Origin: Nitrososphaeraceae archaeon
GTDB taxonomy: Archaea; Thermoproteota; Nitrososphaeria; Nitrososphaerales; Nitrososphaeraceae
Assembly (NCBI GenBank): GCA_035253865.1
Contig: DATFBL010000055.1
Span: 1-53,418, forward strand
Length of the DNA stretch: 53,418 nucleotides
Direction: 5' to 3'
The translations under genes and the position numbers were made by a program. The notes under the pieces are model-generated. The model ran no database searches, was not told the DNA's origin, and saw only the letters and a program-made list of their open reading frames with translations. Below are positions 50,325 to 53,418 of the stretch, one piece after another. Positions within the stretch are counted from its first letter, which is position 1. Every line of letters starts with the position of its first letter.

Positions 50325-50567
50325 ATGGGCCAAGATATAAGATGGCAAGAAGTCCTAAATAAAAGGGCTATTGGAATAGACAAGTGCGATTTAGGCAAAG
50401 TTGAACAAATAAATGATGATATGATAATAACAAAAAAAGGTCTGATTAACAAAAGTAGATACTTGATGCCAAAGAAACTAGTCGATAGGTTTGATGGAAA
50501 TATACTTTATTTCAAAATTATGAAGGCAGAGGCCAGGCAATTTCGGCAGAATGAGCTGATACAATAA
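50325..50567 (+). CDS. PRC-barrel-like small protein
   Basis: DLGKVEQI, KKGL, YLMPK, FDG. Confidence 0.7.
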   Translation: MGQDIRWQEVLNKRAIGIDKCDLGKVEQINDDMIITKKGLINKSRYLMPKKLVDRFDGNILYFKIMKAEARQFRQNELIQ

Positions 50568-50746
50568 GAAATATGTAAATGAAAATTAGTAGTTAGCCGA
50601 TTTACACCTCCATTATTACCAGCATCATCAGTATCTTTGCTCGATATATTACTTCAAGATATACTAAGATCGCAAATTATTGCCCTACCAAAATAAATAG
50701 AATGATAAAGCCCGTATCAGAATTTAAAGTGAGATCTTAGCTGGAA

Positions 50747-51811
50747 ATGGAAATGAATACATCTCAAGATATTGCATTAATAGATAAAGAGAATGAAAAT
50801 TGTATTAATGTCACTAATCTCAAAAAACAATATGGCAAAGACAAGCCTTTTGTTGTCAATGGTATCTCCTTTGCAGTCAAATACGGGACAGTATTTGGTT
50901 TTTTAGGTCCTAATGGCGCCGGAAAGACTACAACACTTAAGATTCTTACAAGTCTTCTTAATCCATCATCTGGCAATATTACTATATTTGGTAAAGATCT
51001 TTTTAAGAAACAATCAGAAATCAAACGAAAGATTGGAGTCGTTTCTCAAAATCCCAGTTTTGAAGCAAACCTTAAGGTAGAAAGATCTCTTGATCTTTAT
51101 GGGTTATTGTGGGGTTTACATGATAAAAAAGCAAGAAAAAATAAAGTGAAGGAAATTTTAAAAACTTTTGATTTAGAATCTATAAAGAATTCAAAGAATG
51201 ATGAACTTTCCATAGGTCAGCGAAGAAGGGTGCAGCTTGCACGAGAATTTATGCACGACATGGACTTGCTTTTTCTTGACGAACCTACTGTTGGACTGGA
51301 CCCTTCAGCAAGACGTATGCTACTGGATCATATAAAAAAACATGTCAAGTCAGGACTGACAGTTTTCTTTACTACCCATATTATGGAAGAGGCAGAGTAT
51401 CTGTGTGATGAGATTGCTATAATCGACAACGGGAAAATAATCGCATTTGATACACCAATTGGATTGAAACAAAGATATGGACGTATGAATAAATCTATAG
51501 AAATTACCTTTAAGGATAACTTAAATGAGGGCTTCGTAGATATTTTAAAAGAAATTGTAAAGGAGAACAAAAAAGTTAACGATAATGATGCACTTAACTA
51601 TACTTCCCCAGAACTTACTTTGAAGGGTGAAAATGCAATCAAGATCAAGGTCTATGACATTGAAAAAGTTATTTCTGAGATATTTCTAGTCGTTCCTAAA
51701 TATGGTATGGAGATAGAAAATATCTCGGTAAACTCACCATCACTGGAAGAAATTTTTCTCACTATAGTGGGAAATTCAAAGGACAATTTTAATAGAGAGA
51801 GAAAAGAATGA
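50747..51811 (+). CDS. ABC transporter ATP-binding protein (DrrA-like exporter)
   Basis: GPNGAGKTT, LSIGQ, LFLDEPT, TTH, SLEEIFL. Confidence 0.95.
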   Translation: MEMNTSQDIALIDKENENCINVTNLKKQYGKDKPFVVNGISFAVKYGTVFGFLGPNGAGKTTTLKILTSLLNPSSGNITIFGKDLFKKQSEIKRKIGVVSQNPSFEANLKVERSLDLYGLLWGLHDKKARKNKVKEILKTFDLESIKNSKNDELSIGQRRRVQLAREFMHDMDLLFLDEPTVGLDPSARRMLLDHIKKHVKSGLTVFFTTHIMEEAEYLCDEIAIIDNGKIIAFDTPIGLKQRYGRMNKSIEITFKDNLNEGFVDILKEIVKENKKVNDNDALNYTSPELTLKGENAIKIKVYDIEKVISEIFLVVPKYGMEIENISVNSPSLEEIFLTIVGNSKDNFNRERKE

Positions 51812-52602
51812 TATCCGCAGACAAGTACGTTTTTGTATCGGGGATTTTACTTTTACTATATAGAAATCTATTTGCAGCCATTGATAAAATGTTTTTCATA
51901 TGGCAGATATTATTTCCCGTTTTTCAAATTTACATAATGGGTTATGCATATTCTGCTTTAATAGGCGATCAAGGAATTAACATAGGATCATCTTCAGTCT
52001 CTTATGTTGCATTCTTGACGACTGGGATGATGGGATTTAATGTGATGCAGGGAAGTCAAATAGCGGGAACTATTTTTTGGAATGATAGGAAAAATGGAAT
52101 GTTTCATCAAATTTTGGCAATGCCATTTAATAAGATACAGTATGTAATCGCAAATCTAGTAACACTTATTATTATAGGACTTACAAGCGCAACAGCTATT
52201 ATTTTAATTGGTCTACCAACAATATTTCAGGACATGAATATAACGTCATGGGGTATATCATATACAATTTTTGCCCTTGTAGCAGGGTCCATATTTTTTG
52301 GCTCATTTACAATAATTTTGTCAACAAAGATGAAAAGTAGCGAGACTTATAACGTATTTAGTAACGGACTTTTTATATTTTTTATCTTCGTTAGCTCAGT
52401 ATTCTATCCTGCAGAAGGTTTACCACAACCACTATCGGTGGCCTTTTATTTCAATCCGCTGACATACATAGCTGATATTACTAGAGCAGGGATATTTTCG
52501 CAAGTAGATACTTTTACGAATTTAGAAGTACTTGCTTTAACACTATTTTCCGTTGGTACATTTGTTATTGCTACCAGAGCAATGGTAAAGTTGCAGATCT
52601 AA
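51808..52602 (+). CDS. ABC-2 type permease
   Basis: Six TM, SSVFYP, FNPLTY; ATGA overlap with the ATPase. Confidence 0.93.
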   Translation: MISADKYVFVSGILLLLYRNLFAAIDKMFFIWQILFPVFQIYIMGYAYSALIGDQGINIGSSSVSYVAFLTTGMMGFNVMQGSQIAGTIFWNDRKNGMFHQILAMPFNKIQYVIANLVTLIIIGLTSATAIILIGLPTIFQDMNITSWGISYTIFALVAGSIFFGSFTIILSTKMKSSETYNVFSNGLFIFFIFVSSVFYPAEGLPQPLSVAFYFNPLTYIADITRAGIFSQVDTFTNLEVLALTLFSVGTFVIATRAMVKLQI

Positions 52603-52743
52603 AATAAAATGACTAAAAATTTATTTTAAGTCTAAACTAGAGCCGATCATGAAATATAATAAATATCCTTCAATCAAGTCTCTTGTTTGATAACATCTGT
52701 TTCCTCATTAATGATGATTCGATTGGACGAGTAAATTTTAATA

Positions 52744-53418
52744 TTATAGTCCTAAATTTAGTCTCATTAATACGTCAATAAGTAATACTATTGAGCCAAC
52801 TGCGACACTTGCAATCATGAAAGGAAATCCAACTCTAATAAATTGATTGAACGTAATCCTGTGGCCATTTACTTCAGCCAGTCCTGTGGCAACTATGCCA
52901 GCACTTGACCCTATTACCGTACCGTTCCCTCCAAATCCAGCGCCAAGTGATAATGCCCACCATAACGGATTAATGGCAAGGCCTCCAAACACTGCCGCTA
53001 CCGATTCAGTATTGTAGATTGCATATATGAGAGGGATCATCGTTGCAGTAAATGGTATGTTATCTATAAATGCACTTGCTATTGCAGAAATCCAAATTAT
53101 CATAAAGAACAATACCCAAGGATTACCACCACTAATTTGCAGAACGGTATTGGAAAGTAGATCGATTGCACCCGCTTTTTCAGCTCCACTAATTATTATG
53201 AATAGTCCTGCAAAAAAGATCAAGGTAGACCAGTCAACCTGTTTTAGGATGTGCTCAGGCCTAGACTTTGCCACAATCATCAGTACTCCTGCACCGCTAA
53301 GTGCTATTATCGAAGGTTCTATACCGATACTACCATGAATTACGAAAAGAATGATAACTCCAACCAATACTGCTAGTGATTTTCTTAAGACTGATCTATC
53401 CTTGATAAGGAGCCTTTC
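52744..53418 (-). CDS. ArsB/NhaD/SLC13 (citrate transporter-like) permease, 5'-truncated by window edge
   Basis: VDWSTLIFFAGLF, SAFIDNIP, LGAGFGGNGTVIGSSA; frame is open to the window end. Confidence 0.9.
   Translation of the reverse strand, partial: ERLLIKDRSVLRKSLAVLVGVIILFVIHGSIGIEPSIIALSGAGVLMIVAKSRPEHILKQVDWSTLIFFAGLFIIISGAEKAGAIDLLSNTVLQISGGNPWVLFFMIIWISAIASAFIDNIPFTATMIPLIYAIYNTESVAAVFGGLAINPLWWALSLGAGFGGNGTVIGSSAGIVATGLAEVNGHRITFNQFIRVGFPFMIASVAVGSIVLLIDVLMRLNLGL

Noticed and set aside
198-53338. Many ORF-track entries antisense or out of frame to well-supported genes (e.g. 198-416, 1708-1983, 2629-3039, 20124-20489, 22007-22429, 30589-31005, 53027-53338)
   Set aside because: Shadow ORFs with no motifs that overlap confident genes
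1-53418. CRISPR array, cas genes, rRNA, integrase or transposase
   Set aside because: No regularly spaced repeats or diagnostic motifs seen; the short repeats found lie inside coding sequences

Overview
AT-rich accessory-type chromosomal window from a soil ammonia-oxidising archaeon (Nitrososphaeraceae, probably Ca. Nitrosocosmicus-like). This assignment is inferred from the gene families, low GC and a BHB-intron tRNA. The window is a mosaic of mostly monocistronic genes. Signalling genes include a class III nucleotidyl cyclase-receiver fusion coupled to a histidine kinase, a stand-alone receiver, a stand-alone Cache protein and a divergent PII. Metabolic genes include PPK2, a patatin and a DAG-kinase-like protein. 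There are MFS and ABC transporters, and bacterial-type VOC/DUF899/DUF1428 genes. A putative metal/heme-homeostasis patch has a DtxR-like box, a HutX-like gene and a nonsense-split FNR-like gene. The window also holds an orphan beta-class DNA methyltransferase, a stand-alone nurA-herA pair without mre11/rad50, many zinc-finger micro-proteins (three missed by the ORF track), four broken genes, and a tRNA-Arg(CCT) with a D-loop intron and an atypical C33. I saw no CRISPR array, rRNA, integrase or transposase. All calls come from motif recognition by eye; no searches were run.
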